Positions 8,534 through 17,506 are shown, counted from the stretch's first letter. The stretch: 41,983 nucleotides of DNA from an uncultured Gammaproteobacteria bacterium (GCA_964444635.1 CAYUIA010000001.1:1-41983); one strand, 5' to 3'. Program-made: numbers and translations. Notes: a model not told the origin generated them from the letters alone.

Positions 8534-9565
8534 ATGACACTAGAGATTAGAAAAAATACAAACAAAGAAGAATGGGACGATTTTTTATCTCAATTTTCCG
8601 ATTTTAATCCTTTTCCCCAGAGTTTTGCCTGGGGTGATGTTTTGATTACCGAAGGCAAGGAAGTGGAAAAATTGGCCATATTTGATGGAGGCGAGCAAAT
8701 AGCGGCTGTTTTGATTGTTTATGAAAAACTACCATTTGGCTGGAAATACGCATTTAGCCCAAAAGGCCCGGTGATTGGTATAAAGTATCAAGAATCCAGT
8801 ATTAAGTATGGAGAGGTCGTCTCTATAATTAGTGAGTATTTAAAAGACAAAGGATGTGTATTTTGGAGGTTGGAACCCAATGTTAATCTGCAATCTGAAA
8901 TCAAAAATCTAAAATTGGCAAAGGTTAAGGACATAAACCCCTCAAACACTTTATTGTTAGATTTGAATAAGAACTATGAAGAACTACTCTTTGCCATGCA
9001 CCCCAAAACCAGGTATAATATTGGCTTGAGTAAAAAGAAAGATCTGCGCATAGAAGAAAGAAAAGATTTGGAAATTTTTTGGGATTTGATGCAAAAAACA
9101 GGGGAGCGAGACGCTTTTCGTTTGCATCACAAAAAACATTATGAAGAAGTTTTGAATTCAGATCTAACTTCGCAAGTAATAGTGTATTTTGAAAATAAGC
9201 CAATTGCCACCGGGGTTTTTATAGGCTTTGGTCAAACATTTACCTATTTATACGGTGCTTCTGATTATGAATATCGCCAAGCAATGGCGCCTTATCTGAT
9301 ACAGGATTTTGGGATAAACAAAGCCAAAAATAAAGGGTTTAAAAAATATGATTTTTTTGGCATTGCTCCGTTAAACAAGGATGAGACAGGAGAGGTAATT
9401 TATGATGAAAAACATCAATATGCCGGTGTGACGAGATTTAAACTTGGTTTTGGTGGGGGATGCATCGCTTTCCCAGGAACATACGAAATTGTAATAAATA
9501 AAGTTTCATATCTATTTTTAAGTTTGATGAAAAAAATTCGGAAAATATTGAATATTAAATATTGA
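8534..9565 (+). CDS. FemAB-family peptidoglycan interpeptide-bridge peptidyltransferase-like protein
   Basis: 343 aa. The FemAB-like central block MHPKTRYNIGLSKKKDLRIEE...FWDLMQKTGERDAFRLHHKKHYEEVL and the C-terminal GVTRFKLGFGG resemble the PF02388 family. Confidence 0.75.
   Translation: MTLEIRKNTNKEEWDDFLSQFSDFNPFPQSFAWGDVLITEGKEVEKLAIFDGGEQIAAVLIVYEKLPFGWKYAFSPKGPVIGIKYQESSIKYGEVVSIISEYLKDKGCVFWRLEPNVNLQSEIKNLKLAKVKDINPSNTLLLDLNKNYEELLFAMHPKTRYNIGLSKKKDLRIEERKDLEIFWDLMQKTGERDAFRLHHKKHYEEVLNSDLTSQVIVYFENKPIATGVFIGFGQTFTYLYGASDYEYRQAMAPYLIQDFGINKAKNKGFKKYDFFGIAPLNKDETGEVIYDEKHQYAGVTRFKLGFGGGCIAFPGTYEIVINKVSYLFLSLMKKIRKILNIKY
8777..8811 (+). repeat. 35-nt, five-heptad (GTATNNN) element in frame inside the femAB-like CDS
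   Basis: ggtataaagtatcaagaatccagtattaagtatgg encodes GIKYQESSIKYG. It is 32/35 identical to 36590-36624 (reverse complement), and by that comparison also related to the intergenic copy at 38714-38748. Confidence 0.8.
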
Positions 9566-9583
9566 ATATTATTTTTTACAATT

Positions 9584-9616
9584 AAAAAACCCCTCCATTT
9601 TGTGGAGAGGTTTTTT
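9584..9616. terminator. Bidirectional terminator between the convergent femAB-like gene and gyrA
   Basis: aaaaaacccctcca-ttttg-tggagaggtttttt: 9-bp stem with one mismatch, A-run and T-run on the flanks. Confidence 0.75.
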
Positions 9617-9626
9617 GTTTTATTTT

Positions 9627-12116
9627 TTATACTTCTTCTTTATCCTGTAAAACCATAGTGACGGAAACAACTTTGTCAGCTTCTTCTTTGAAACGCATCA
9701 GACGAACACCTTGCGTAGCACGACCAGTGGTTGGAATAGTTTTGAAAGGTAGGCGAATAACTTGTCCTTTGGCGGACATTAAAATGATATCTTGGTTTTC
9801 TGCCAAATTTGGATCAATGACACTGGCGTGGATGATATATCCGGTTTTCTCCGTGACTTTGGCGGTTTTGATACCGCTGCCGGCACGTCCTTGAACTTTA
9901 TATTCATTTAGCGGAGTAAGTTTGCCTAAACCGTTTTCACCCACGGTTAAAAATTTTAGATTTTTACTTTCCGGATTGACTATGTCCATGCCGATAACCT
10001 CATCTTTATCGTGTAATCGCACACCTTTGACGCCAGATGCGGTACGGCCCATAGAACGGACATCTTCTTCTTCAAAACGGATAGATTGTCCTTCTTTGGT
10101 GGCGATCATGATTTCGTCTTTGCCGGTGCTTGGTTTGACCCACTCCAGATTATCTTCAGGACGGATTTTCAGAGCTATCAAACCGCTTTTGCGAACATTG
10201 GAAAAGTCGCTTAACGGAGTTTTTTTGATAACACCTTTGGTGGTAACCATGACTAAATATTTTATTTTTTCCAAATCAGACATGGCGAGAAAGGCGGTCA
10301 CTTTTTCATTTGGCGCCAATTGTAAGAAGTTTACCAAAGCTTGACCTTTGGCGGTGCGAGAAGCTTGCGGGATATCGTAAGCCATCAATTGGAAACATCG
10401 TCCGCGATTGGTGAAAAACAAAATATTATCATGAGTATTGGTAGATTGGATTTGCTCTACTGCTTCTTCTTCTTTGGTAGTCATGCCGATAACACCCTTA
10501 CCACCTCGGCTTTGTTGACGGAAAGTATCCGGTGGCATGCGTTTAATATAGCCGTCAGAAGTGATGAGAATCATTGTCGGTTCGTTTGGGATCAAGTCTT
10601 CCACGGTAAAATCTTTGATACCGTGAGCAACTATCTGAGTGCGACGAGGCTCTGCAAATTTATCTTTGATTTCCACTGTTTCATCCTTGATGATTTTGAG
10701 AATTTTGGTTTTGGAAGCCAAAATACTTTGTAGTTCTTTTATCAAAGCCAATTTTTCTTTGAGTTCATCTTCAATTTTTTTCGCTTCCAGGTTAGCCAAT
10801 TGTTGGAGCTTCATTTCCAAGATAGCAATTGCTTGTTTTTCGGTAAATTTGAATTTACTCATCAAGTTTTGTCGCGCTTCTTCCTTGTCTTTACTAGCCT
10901 TGATAGTTTTGATGATGAGGTCTATTTTATCCAGCGCCATTTTGAGGCCTTCTAATATATGGGCTCGGTCTTGAGCTTTGTTCAAATCAAATTCAGTTCG
11001 TCTTTTGACAACTTCTTGCCTATGTTTGATAAATTCTTCCAAAACAGTTTTGAGGTTGAGTACGCGAGGCTGGATTCCGTCAACAAGCGCCAACATGTTG
11101 GTGTGAAAAGTGGTTTGAAGTTCGGTTAAGTTGTAAAGTTGATTGAGAACTTTTTTGGGATAAGCGTCTTTTTTGAGTTCAATGACAACGCGGACGCCGT
11201 CTTTGTTACTTTCATCGCGTAAATCTTTGATGCCTTCAATTCTTTTTTCTTGCACCAGAGTAGCTATTTTTTCCAAAAGAGTGGCTTTATTGATTTGATA
11301 GGGGACTTCAGTGACGATAATTTGGAAATGTCCGGCTTTGGGTTCCTCTATATCGGCTTTGGCGCGGAGTACTACACCGCCTTTACCGGTTGCCAGGGCC
11401 GCAAAGATATCTTTTTTATTATAGATTATACCGCCGGTTGGAAAGTCAGGTCCTTTAACTACTTCGCACAAATCTTCTATGGAAGCTTCCGGTTCATCTA
11501 TCAATTTTGTAATACCGTCGCAAAGCTCTCCTAAATTATGCGGAGCAATGGAAGTGGCCATACCTACCGCAATACCCATGGTGCCGTTTAAAAGAAGATT
11601 GGGTACTTTTGTGGGCAATACAGCCGGTTCATTGTGAGAACCGTCATAAGTTGGGTTAAAATTGACAGTATTTTTCTCAATATCAGTAAGCATTTCCTCG
11701 GCAATCGCTTGGAGTTTGGCTTCGGTGTAACGCATCGCGGCTGCGCCATCGCCGTCCATGGAACCGAAGTTTCCTTGACCGTTGACCAGTTGATGTCGCA
11801 TGGAAAAATCTTGAGCCATACGCACCATTGAGTCATAAATGGCAGCATCACCGTGTGGGTGGTATTTAGCCATCACCTCACCGACTACGTGGGCGGATTT
11901 GCGGAATTTGGCATTATGTTTGAGGCCAATATCCCACATGGCATAGAGAATACGGCGGTGCACAGGTTTGAGACCGTCGCGGACATCAGGTAATGCGCGA
12001 GACACGATGACACTCATTGCATATTCCAAATATGCTTGTTTAACTTCTTGTGACAGAGAAGCATCGGTGATTTTTCCAATATCTCCCTTTACCAATTTCA
12101 TTTTTTCTTGAGACAT
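9627..12116 (-). CDS. gyrA: DNA gyrase subunit A
   Basis: 829 aa. YAMSVIVSRALPDVRDGLKPVHRRILYAM, the active-site motif AAAMRYTEA, and C-terminal beta-pinwheel repeats. Confidence 0.97.
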   Translation of the reverse strand: MSQEKMKLVKGDIGKITDASLSQEVKQAYLEYAMSVIVSRALPDVRDGLKPVHRRILYAMWDIGLKHNAKFRKSAHVVGEVMAKYHPHGDAAIYDSMVRMAQDFSMRHQLVNGQGNFGSMDGDGAAAMRYTEAKLQAIAEEMLTDIEKNTVNFNPTYDGSHNEPAVLPTKVPNLLLNGTMGIAVGMATSIAPHNLGELCDGITKLIDEPEASIEDLCEVVKGPDFPTGGIIYNKKDIFAALATGKGGVVLRAKADIEEPKAGHFQIIVTEVPYQINKATLLEKIATLVQEKRIEGIKDLRDESNKDGVRVVIELKKDAYPKKVLNQLYNLTELQTTFHTNMLALVDGIQPRVLNLKTVLEEFIKHRQEVVKRRTEFDLNKAQDRAHILEGLKMALDKIDLIIKTIKASKDKEEARQNLMSKFKFTEKQAIAILEMKLQQLANLEAKKIEDELKEKLALIKELQSILASKTKILKIIKDETVEIKDKFAEPRRTQIVAHGIKDFTVEDLIPNEPTMILITSDGYIKRMPPDTFRQQSRGGKGVIGMTTKEEEAVEQIQSTNTHDNILFFTNRGRCFQLMAYDIPQASRTAKGQALVNFLQLAPNEKVTAFLAMSDLEKIKYLVMVTTKGVIKKTPLSDFSNVRKSGLIALKIRPEDNLEWVKPSTGKDEIMIATKEGQSIRFEEEDVRSMGRTASGVKGVRLHDKDEVIGMDIVNPESKNLKFLTVGENGLGKLTPLNEYKVQGRAGSGIKTAKVTEKTGYIIHASVIDPNLAENQDIILMSAKGQVIRLPFKTIPTTGRATQGVRLMRFKEEADKVVSVTMVLQDKEEV

Positions 12117-12134
12117 ACATTAATATATTTTTTT

Positions 12135-12207
12135 ATTATTCAATATTCAGTATTCAATATTTATGTTTAAAACAAAAAAATATTGGATATTGAATATTAA
12201 ATATTAA
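12135..12207. repeat. AT-rich heptad-word palindrome (attcaat / attgaat)
   Basis: Left arm tattattcaatattcagtattcaatattt, right arm aaatattggatattgaatattaaatatta, which are approximate reverse complements. The right arm overlaps the stop codon of the 12204 gene. Confidence 0.65.
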
Positions 12208-12644
12208 TTATTGTTTATTGAGGAAGTTGTAGAAGAGACAATGTTGAGAGTGCTCGTTAACATCAAACCGATAGTGTTTGTATTGATCGTAGGTGTGCCG
12301 GTTGTAGTGCTGACAATTTGTTGTAAAAATCCAGAAACTTGTTTTTTAATATCGGAAATATCCTTTTCTTTTTCTTGTTTTTCAAAAGACTCGGTCCATT
12401 TTTGCTCGGCTGTATTTTTTATGTCTAGTGTAGCTTTATCCCAGTTGAAAGCGTTGATCTGTAGTTGAGTGGTGTAGGCAAAAAAAACAACAAGCCCGAC
12501 AGTAATAGAGCCGACACCAAACCATAATAGTTTTTTGGCTGAATCTTTGGAATTTTGGTGTTCAAAAAAAGTGACGAATTTTTCCAAATCCTCCGAAGAT
12601 TTTTTTTCCGCTTCTTCTTTTAGGGCGCCTTTTTTCTTAGGCAT
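12204..12644 (-). CDS. Hypothetical single-pass membrane protein
   Basis: 146 aa. One TM segment (LLWFGVGSITVGLVVFFAY). 3 nt downstream of the preceding gene (apparent coupling). T/S/N-rich C-terminus. Confidence 0.6.
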   Translation of the reverse strand: MPKKKGALKEEAEKKSSEDLEKFVTFFEHQNSKDSAKKLLWFGVGSITVGLVVFFAYTTQLQINAFNWDKATLDIKNTAEQKWTESFEKQEKEKDISDIKKQVSGFLQQIVSTTTGTPTINTNTIGLMLTSTLNIVSSTTSSINNN

Positions 12645-12647
12645 AAA

Positions 12648-13268
12648 CTAGTAATTTTTTTCTAAGACAAAAATTTTGGTGTCTTCTTGCGGTAAATCTT
12701 TTTTCTTGATGATAATTTTTTTCTCCGTAATTTCAGGTTTGAGCCCGATTTCTTTGAGAAAACTTTCTACGGGCAGGGCTTTGGGATCGGTATCACATTG
12801 GTAAGCTATCGGGATGATAACACGAGGTTCTAATATGGAAACAGCTTCGCGAGCTTTTTTGGGATCAAGAGACTTTTCTCCGTTGCCGACCGGTAAAAAA
12901 AGAATATCAGGAGTGCCGAGTTTTTCTATGATATGTTCGGAAATTTTTTCTTTGACATTGCCCAGATGGACAATATTCATGCCTTCGGCGGAAATTTTGA
13001 AAATCATCTCTTGGTCATTGGCGGCCAATGCATAGATCATATTGTCTTTGACTTCATATTCGCCAAGTGTTTCTATGATAAAAGCGGAATCGGAAATGGT
13101 GACCGAATCTTTGGCGGTTTTACTATATAAGACTACGTCTGGAGAAAAATTACGGGGAAAATCACCTTTTTCCGGTTTATAAGGATCAATAATAATCACG
13201 ATATCCTCATCTTTGAGATTTTTGGTTTGCAGTTTGACACAAGTTTGTCCGAGCCAGTTGATATGCAT
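12648..13268 (-). CDS. Metallo-beta-lactamase-fold protein (UlaG/Lactamase_B_3-like) with a degenerate metal-binding motif
   Basis: N-terminus MHINWLGQTCVKLQ...VIIIDPY is typical of the family. The expected HxHxDH block reads DVVLYSKTAKDS. Confidence 0.6.
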   Translation of the reverse strand: MHINWLGQTCVKLQTKNLKDEDIVIIIDPYKPEKGDFPRNFSPDVVLYSKTAKDSVTISDSAFIIETLGEYEVKDNMIYALAANDQEMIFKISAEGMNIVHLGNVKEKISEHIIEKLGTPDILFLPVGNGEKSLDPKKAREAVSILEPRVIIPIAYQCDTDPKALPVESFLKEIGLKPEITEKKIIIKKKDLPQEDTKIFVLEKNY

Positions 13269-13365
13269 AAAATATATGATTAAATAACGCCTTTATTTTA
13301 TCATAATTCATACACCTCCGCAAGGGGTAAAATGTGGGTAAAAAATGGCTAAAATTAGCCAACTC

Positions 13366-13394
13366 TTGACAAGTTTGGATGGTCTGTGTATAAT
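13366..13394 (+). promoter_or_regulatory. Consensus sigma70-type promoter of rpsA
   Basis: TTGACA, 17 nt, TATAAT. Roughly 100 nt leader to the rpsA ATG. Confidence 0.7.
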
Positions 13395-13497
13395 ACTTCA
13401 AAATTCAATTAAACAAGTTAATCCAATTTAGAGATTAACACTCTGTCTGCAAATAAAAAAAGCAGAAGGGATAAGAGAATTTTTTTGTTTTTATTAT

Positions 13498-14688
13498 ATG
13501 TCAAACAAAGATTTTAAGACGCTTTTGGCAGAAAATCTGACGATTTTCCCGAAAGTTGGAGATATCGTCAAAGGAAAAATTCTTTCCGTTGATAAAGGAG
13601 AAGTGCGTATCGATGTAGAAGGTGTTACTACCGCCATTGTTCGTGGTGCGGAGATGTTTGCCGAATCTCAAGAATACGCCAATTTAAAACCCGGGGACGA
13701 AGTAGAGGGGACCGTCATTGATTTGGAAAACGAAAACGGTGAAATGGAGCTTTCTTTCAAAGTTGCCGGCATGCAACGTGTTTGGGATAATCTACGCAAA
13801 TGGATGAAAGAAGGCATTACCATCAAAGCCAAAGTTTTGGCTGCCAATAAAGGCGGTATCATGATGCAAGTCGGCGCTATCGCCGGTTTCATGCCGGTAT
13901 CTCAGCTCAATCCGGATCATTATCCGCGAGTAATGGGCGGAGATAAAAATAGAATTTTGGAAAAACTTCAAGAGCTCATTGGTAAAGATTTGGAAGTTAA
14001 AGTAATTGATGTTGATGAAAATGATGAAAAACTCATTGTTTCTGAAAAAAGCGTTTGGGATGATGCTCAAAAAGCGGTTTTAGAGGCTTATAAAGTCGGC
14101 GATACGGTTGACGGTGAAGTTTCCGCTCTCACTTCTTTTGGTGCTTTCATCAAATTTGGTCAAGGACTGGAAGGTCTTATTCATATTTCTGAAATTGCTT
14201 GGCAACGTATTGATCATCCAAAAGATTTGCTCAAAGTTGGAGATAGAGTTCAAGCTCAGATCATCCAACTTGATCATTCCAAAATCTATCTTTCCATGAA
14301 ACGCTTGATTGAAGATCCTTGGAAATTGGTAAAAGATAAATATAAAATTGGTGATACAGTAAAAGGTAAAATTTTGAAAATTGAACCGTTTGGTTTGATG
14401 ATCGGTTTGGACAAAGATATCCATGGTTTGGCCCATGTTTCTGAATTGTCCGATGAGCCGATTGCTAACATCCAAAGTAAATTCCAAATCGGTACGGAAA
14501 TGGATTTTACTGTTGTCTCTCTAGAACCAACCGAACATCGTCTCGGTTTGCGCGTAGCCGGAGTTAAAGGCAAAGCTAAAAAGGAAGAAAAAGCTGACAA
14601 AGAGGAAAAATCTGAGAAAAAAGCGAAAAAAGAAAAGAAAGAAAAAGAGGAAGTGAAAGAGGAGAAATTGGAAGAGACAAAAGAATAA
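13498..14688 (+). CDS. rpsA: 30S ribosomal protein S1 (four S1 domains) with a K/E-rich tail
   Basis: Four repeats of the S1 OB-fold pattern (GD.V.G.V......G..V....G..G..H.SE). The C-terminal ~45 aa are KE-rich. Confidence 0.9.
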   Translation: MSNKDFKTLLAENLTIFPKVGDIVKGKILSVDKGEVRIDVEGVTTAIVRGAEMFAESQEYANLKPGDEVEGTVIDLENENGEMELSFKVAGMQRVWDNLRKWMKEGITIKAKVLAANKGGIMMQVGAIAGFMPVSQLNPDHYPRVMGGDKNRILEKLQELIGKDLEVKVIDVDENDEKLIVSEKSVWDDAQKAVLEAYKVGDTVDGEVSALTSFGAFIKFGQGLEGLIHISEIAWQRIDHPKDLLKVGDRVQAQIIQLDHSKIYLSMKRLIEDPWKLVKDKYKIGDTVKGKILKIEPFGLMIGLDKDIHGLAHVSELSDEPIANIQSKFQIGTEMDFTVVSLEPTEHRLGLRVAGVKGKAKKEEKADKEEKSEKKAKKEKKEKEEVKEEKLEETKE

Positions 14689-14700
14689 TCTGATTAAATA

Positions 14701-14727
14701 AAAAACCGCCTGAAAGGGCGGTTTTTT
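14701..14727 (+). terminator. rpsA terminator
   Basis: CCGCCT-GAAA-GGGCGG (GNRA tetraloop) followed by T6. Confidence 0.8.
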
Positions 14728-14771
14728 GGTAGTTAGTATTAAGTATGGAAACTGTAAATATGTCATCCCTG
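14714..14771 (+). repeat. 58-nt block shared with 16915-16986 (terminator 3' half, TAGT heptads, then gtcatccctg)
   Basis: aagggcggttttttggtagttagtattaagtatggaaactgtaaatatgtcatccctg. Identical to the ftsH-downstream copy except that copy carries a 14-nt tandem duplication. Confidence 0.85.
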
Positions 14772-14901
14772 TATTATGTTCGTCCGTAGCTTTAGCGAAG
14801 CCTAGGGCTTGCCGGGTGTAGCTTTAACGAAGCCCGGTTGATTTTTTCCCATATTTATTATATTATTAAAATACTCTAAATTATTATAAAAACTTTTATT
14901 T

Positions 14902-16728
14902 ATGAAAGATTTTTTCAAAAATTTCATTATTATTTTTTGTTGTTTGTTGGTTGTAGCCGCGGTTTTGAGTATTTTCCAACAAGATGAAAACAAAAAACCG
15001 GAAACTATCGGGATAGGTCGTTTGATTGAGCAGATAAATCAAGGTCAGGTTAAAAAAGTGGTGGTAGAAGGAAATTTGCTCAAGATAGATCTCAAGGATG
15101 AAAATGCCAGACCGCAAGAAGTAAAAAAAGAAGCCGGAGAATCCTTTGGTGATATTTTGAAAAATTACAGTGTCAGTGAAGAAGCCAAAGCCGGTTTGGA
15201 AGTGGAAATCAAAGATGAAAGCTCGGTCAAATTTTGGGCGATAAATTTTATTTTACCGATATTATTGCCATTGCTTATCATCATCGGATTCTTTTATTTT
15301 ATGAGTCGCGGGGTGCAGGGGGTAAATAATAAAGCTATGGGCTTTGGTCAGAGTAGCGCTCGCATGGTAAATCCGCGTGATAAAAATCGTAAAACATTTG
15401 CGGATGTTGCCGGAGCCGGTGAAGCCAAAGAAGAGTTACAAGAAATAGTGGAATTCTTAAAAAGTCCAAAAAAGTTTTCCGATATGGGTGCCAAAATTCC
15501 CAAAGGTGTGCTTTTGATGGGAGCCCCGGGTACCGGTAAAACATTATTGGCTAAATCAGTGGCTGGTGAAGCCAATGTGCCGTTTTTCCATATGTCAGGA
15601 TCTGAGTTTGTAGAGATGTTTGTAGGGGTAGGAGCCTCTCGAGTGCGTGATTTATTTGCCAAAGCCAAAAAAGCTGCTCCAGCTATTGTATTTATCGATG
15701 AGATTGATGCTGTGGGTCGTCGTCGCGGGACAGGTCTTGGTGGAGGACATGATGAACGTGAACAAACACTAAATCAAATTTTAGTGGAAATGGACGGTTT
15801 TGAACCAAACAGCGGTGTTATTGTAATGGCTGCTACCAATCGTCCGGATGTTTTGGATCCGGCGCTACTTCGTCCGGGCCGTTTTGATCGTCGTGTAGTT
15901 TTGAATATGCCTGACATCAAAGATAGAGAAGAAATTCTCAAAATTCATGCTAAAAACAAACCTCTCATCAAAGATGTTTCTTTGCGTAAAGTTGCCGAAC
16001 GCACTCCTGGATTTTCCGGAGCAGATTTGGAAAGCTTGTTAAACGAAGCGGCTATTTTGACTGTGCGTCGTAATCTCAAAAAAATTACAGAAACAGAAAT
16101 CTTGGAAAGTATTGAAAAAGTAATGCTTGGACCGGAACGCAAAAGTAGGGTGATAAGCGATAAAGACAAAAAGATGACCGCTTATCACGAAGCCGGACAT
16201 GCTATTGTCGGTCATTCTTTGTCAAATTGTGATCCGGTTAGAAAGGTTTCTATCATTTCTCGCGGACAAGCCGGAGGATATACGCTCAAGATGCCGACTG
16301 AGGATAAACATTATTATACTCTGGCGCAGTTTAAAGATGAACTCGCGATGACTTTGGGTGGTTATGTAGTAGAAAAGATGATCTATGGTGAAGATCAGAT
16401 TTCAACCGGTCCTTCATCGGATTTGAAAAATGCCACCAAAGTGGCTAAAGACATGGTAACTCGTTATGGCATGAGTGAACTTGGTCCGCGAACGTTTGGT
16501 GAAAGAGAAGAGATGATATTCTTGGGTAAAGAAATTCATGAGCAACAAGATTACAGTGACAAGACTGCCGAAAAAATAGATGAAGAAGTTATCAAAATTA
16601 TAAATGAAGCGCAAAATAAAGCGCGAGAGATTTTGGAAAGCAAAAGAGATAAATTGGAAGAAATGGTTGCCGTGCTTTTGGAAAAAGAAACAATTGAACA
16701 AGAAGAGATAAAAGATATTTTGGGATAA
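14902..16728 (+). CDS. ftsH: ATP-dependent zinc metalloprotease FtsH
   Basis: Two TM segments, Walker A GAPGTGKT, an SRH region and the HEAGHA zinc site. Confidence 0.97.
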   Translation: MKDFFKNFIIIFCCLLVVAAVLSIFQQDENKKPETIGIGRLIEQINQGQVKKVVVEGNLLKIDLKDENARPQEVKKEAGESFGDILKNYSVSEEAKAGLEVEIKDESSVKFWAINFILPILLPLLIIIGFFYFMSRGVQGVNNKAMGFGQSSARMVNPRDKNRKTFADVAGAGEAKEELQEIVEFLKSPKKFSDMGAKIPKGVLLMGAPGTGKTLLAKSVAGEANVPFFHMSGSEFVEMFVGVGASRVRDLFAKAKKAAPAIVFIDEIDAVGRRRGTGLGGGHDEREQTLNQILVEMDGFEPNSGVIVMAATNRPDVLDPALLRPGRFDRRVVLNMPDIKDREEILKIHAKNKPLIKDVSLRKVAERTPGFSGADLESLLNEAAILTVRRNLKKITETEILESIEKVMLGPERKSRVISDKDKKMTAYHEAGHAIVGHSLSNCDPVRKVSIISRGQAGGYTLKMPTEDKHYYTLAQFKDELAMTLGGYVVEKMIYGEDQISTGPSSDLKNATKVAKDMVTRYGMSELGPRTFGEREEMIFLGKEIHEQQDYSDKTAEKIDEEVIKIINEAQNKAREILESKRDKLEEMVAVLLEKETIEQEEIKDILG

Positions 16729-16770
16729 GCTAGTAAGCAGTAAAGCTGTAAAGCAATAAAGCAAACAAAT

Positions 16771-16899
16771 GTCATTGCGAGGATTCGCCTCCGCCAGTTG
16801 GCGGGTGGCGGAGACGAAGCAATCCCACGAAGTTCAGTAATCAGTGGGATTGCCACGACCCTTCGGAACGCTAAGCGTCCCTCCGGGTCTCGCAATGAC
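16771..16899. repeat. 129-nt GC-rich multi-hairpin MITE/REP-like element
   Basis: 11-bp terminal inverted repeats GTCATTGCGAG...CTCGCAATGAC. Internal hairpins cgcctccgcc/ggcgggtggcg and gcaatcccac/gtgggattgc. A truncated right-end copy lies at 17543-17575. Confidence 0.75.
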
Positions 16900-16902
16900 A
16901 TT

Positions 16903-16929
16903 AAAATCGCTCGCAAGGGCGGTTTTTTG
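16903..16929 (+). terminator. ftsH terminator, copy 1 of a 27-nt exact duplicate
   Basis: aaaatcgctcgcaagggcggttttttg: stem TCGCTC/GGGCGG, GCAA tetraloop, T-run. Confidence 0.75.
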
Positions 16930-16986
16930 GTAGTTAGTATTAAGTATTTAGTATTAAGTATGGAAACTGTAAATATGTCATCCCTG
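16915..16986 (+). repeat. Second copy of the 58-nt block, with an internal 14-nt tandem duplication
   Basis: Same sequence as 14714-14771, with ttagtattaagtat present twice. Confidence 0.85.
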
Positions 16987-17077
16987 CGAAAGCAGGGATC
17001 CAGGAAAGTTAAAATTATATATTACCACTGGATTCTTCGCGTTTCCCAAAGGGAGGCCTTTGGCCCGCGGGAATGAC
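16977..17077. repeat. 101-nt MITE/REP-like element with GTCATCCC...GGGAATGAC termini
   Basis: Terminal inverted repeats gtcatccc/gggaatgac. Internal hairpins ccctgc-gaaa-gcaggg and atccag...ctggat. Confidence 0.7.
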
Positions 17078-17083
17078 AAAACA

Positions 17084-17110
17084 AAAATCGCTCGCAAGGG
17101 CGGTTTTTTG
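17084..17110 (+). terminator. Copy 2 of the 27-nt terminator sequence
   Basis: Identical to 16903-16929. Confidence 0.75.
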
Positions 17111-17138
17111 TAGTCTGTAGTCTGAAGACCGAAGACTG
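17111..17138 (+). repeat. Heptad array tagtctg-tagtctg-aagaccg-aagactg
   Basis: Four 7-nt units directly after the terminator T-run. 16 nt (tctgtagtctgaagac) recur at 17589-17604. Confidence 0.8.
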
Positions 17139-17143
17139 ATATA

Positions 17144-17173
17144 TTGACAAAACACAAACTTTACTCCTATAAT
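17144..17173 (+). promoter_or_regulatory. Promoter of the 72-aa zinc-ribbon gene
   Basis: TTGACA, 18 nt, TATAAT. Confidence 0.65.
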
Positions 17174-17212
17174 AAATTGTTCTTTATTAAAAACAAATAA
17201 AAGGAGGCAAAC

Positions 17213-17431
17213 ATGGATCTATTGATAGGATTTACAGAAAACAAAATAGATTTGTTTTGCACTCGTTGTCAAAAGAGTACACAACATTTCCGTTTTGAAG
17301 AAGACCCGAGAATTGGCAGGATTGTCTGGACTTGTTCTGTTTGTAAAAAGAAAAAAGCTACCAATATTCAGGAGGTGGAAAGACAAGGTGAGGTGGAAAT
17401 CTTTGATGAAGATGATGAAGAAGAATCTTAA
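17213..17431 (+). CDS. Small zinc-ribbon protein with an acidic tail (orphan)
   Basis: 72 aa. CTRC...CSVC cysteine pairs. SD AAGGAGG 5 nt before the ATG, with its own promoter and terminator. Confidence 0.75.
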   Translation: MDLLIGFTENKIDLFCTRCQKSTQHFRFEEDPRIGRIVWTCSVCKKKKATNIQEVERQGEVEIFDEDDEEES

Positions 17432-17436
17432 ATATA

Positions 17437-17459
17437 AGACCGGCACACCGGTCTTTTTT
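17437..17459 (+). terminator. Terminator of the zinc-ribbon gene
   Basis: AGACCGG-caca-CCGGTCT followed by T5. A weaker second hairpin plus T7 lies at 17479-17505. Confidence 0.8.
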
Positions 17460-17506
17460 AATACAGAAAAAAACAAAACTCGACCAATTATGATCGAGTT
17501 TTTTTG

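Noticed and set aside
13269-13497. Possible small ORF or riboswitch in the rpsA leader / divergent promoter region
   Set aside because: Only a 3-codon ORF follows the GGAGGTG string at about 13316 on the minus strand. I saw no conserved riboswitch motif. The region is adequately explained by two divergent promoters.
16414-17076. ORFs of 116, 121 and 92 aa overlapping the ftsH 3' end and the repeat region
   Set aside because: They are either antisense to ftsH or are translations of the MITE/REP-like palindromes (for example the ...RSSVISGIATTLRNAKRPSG... peptides). They are repeat-derived, with no expression signals.
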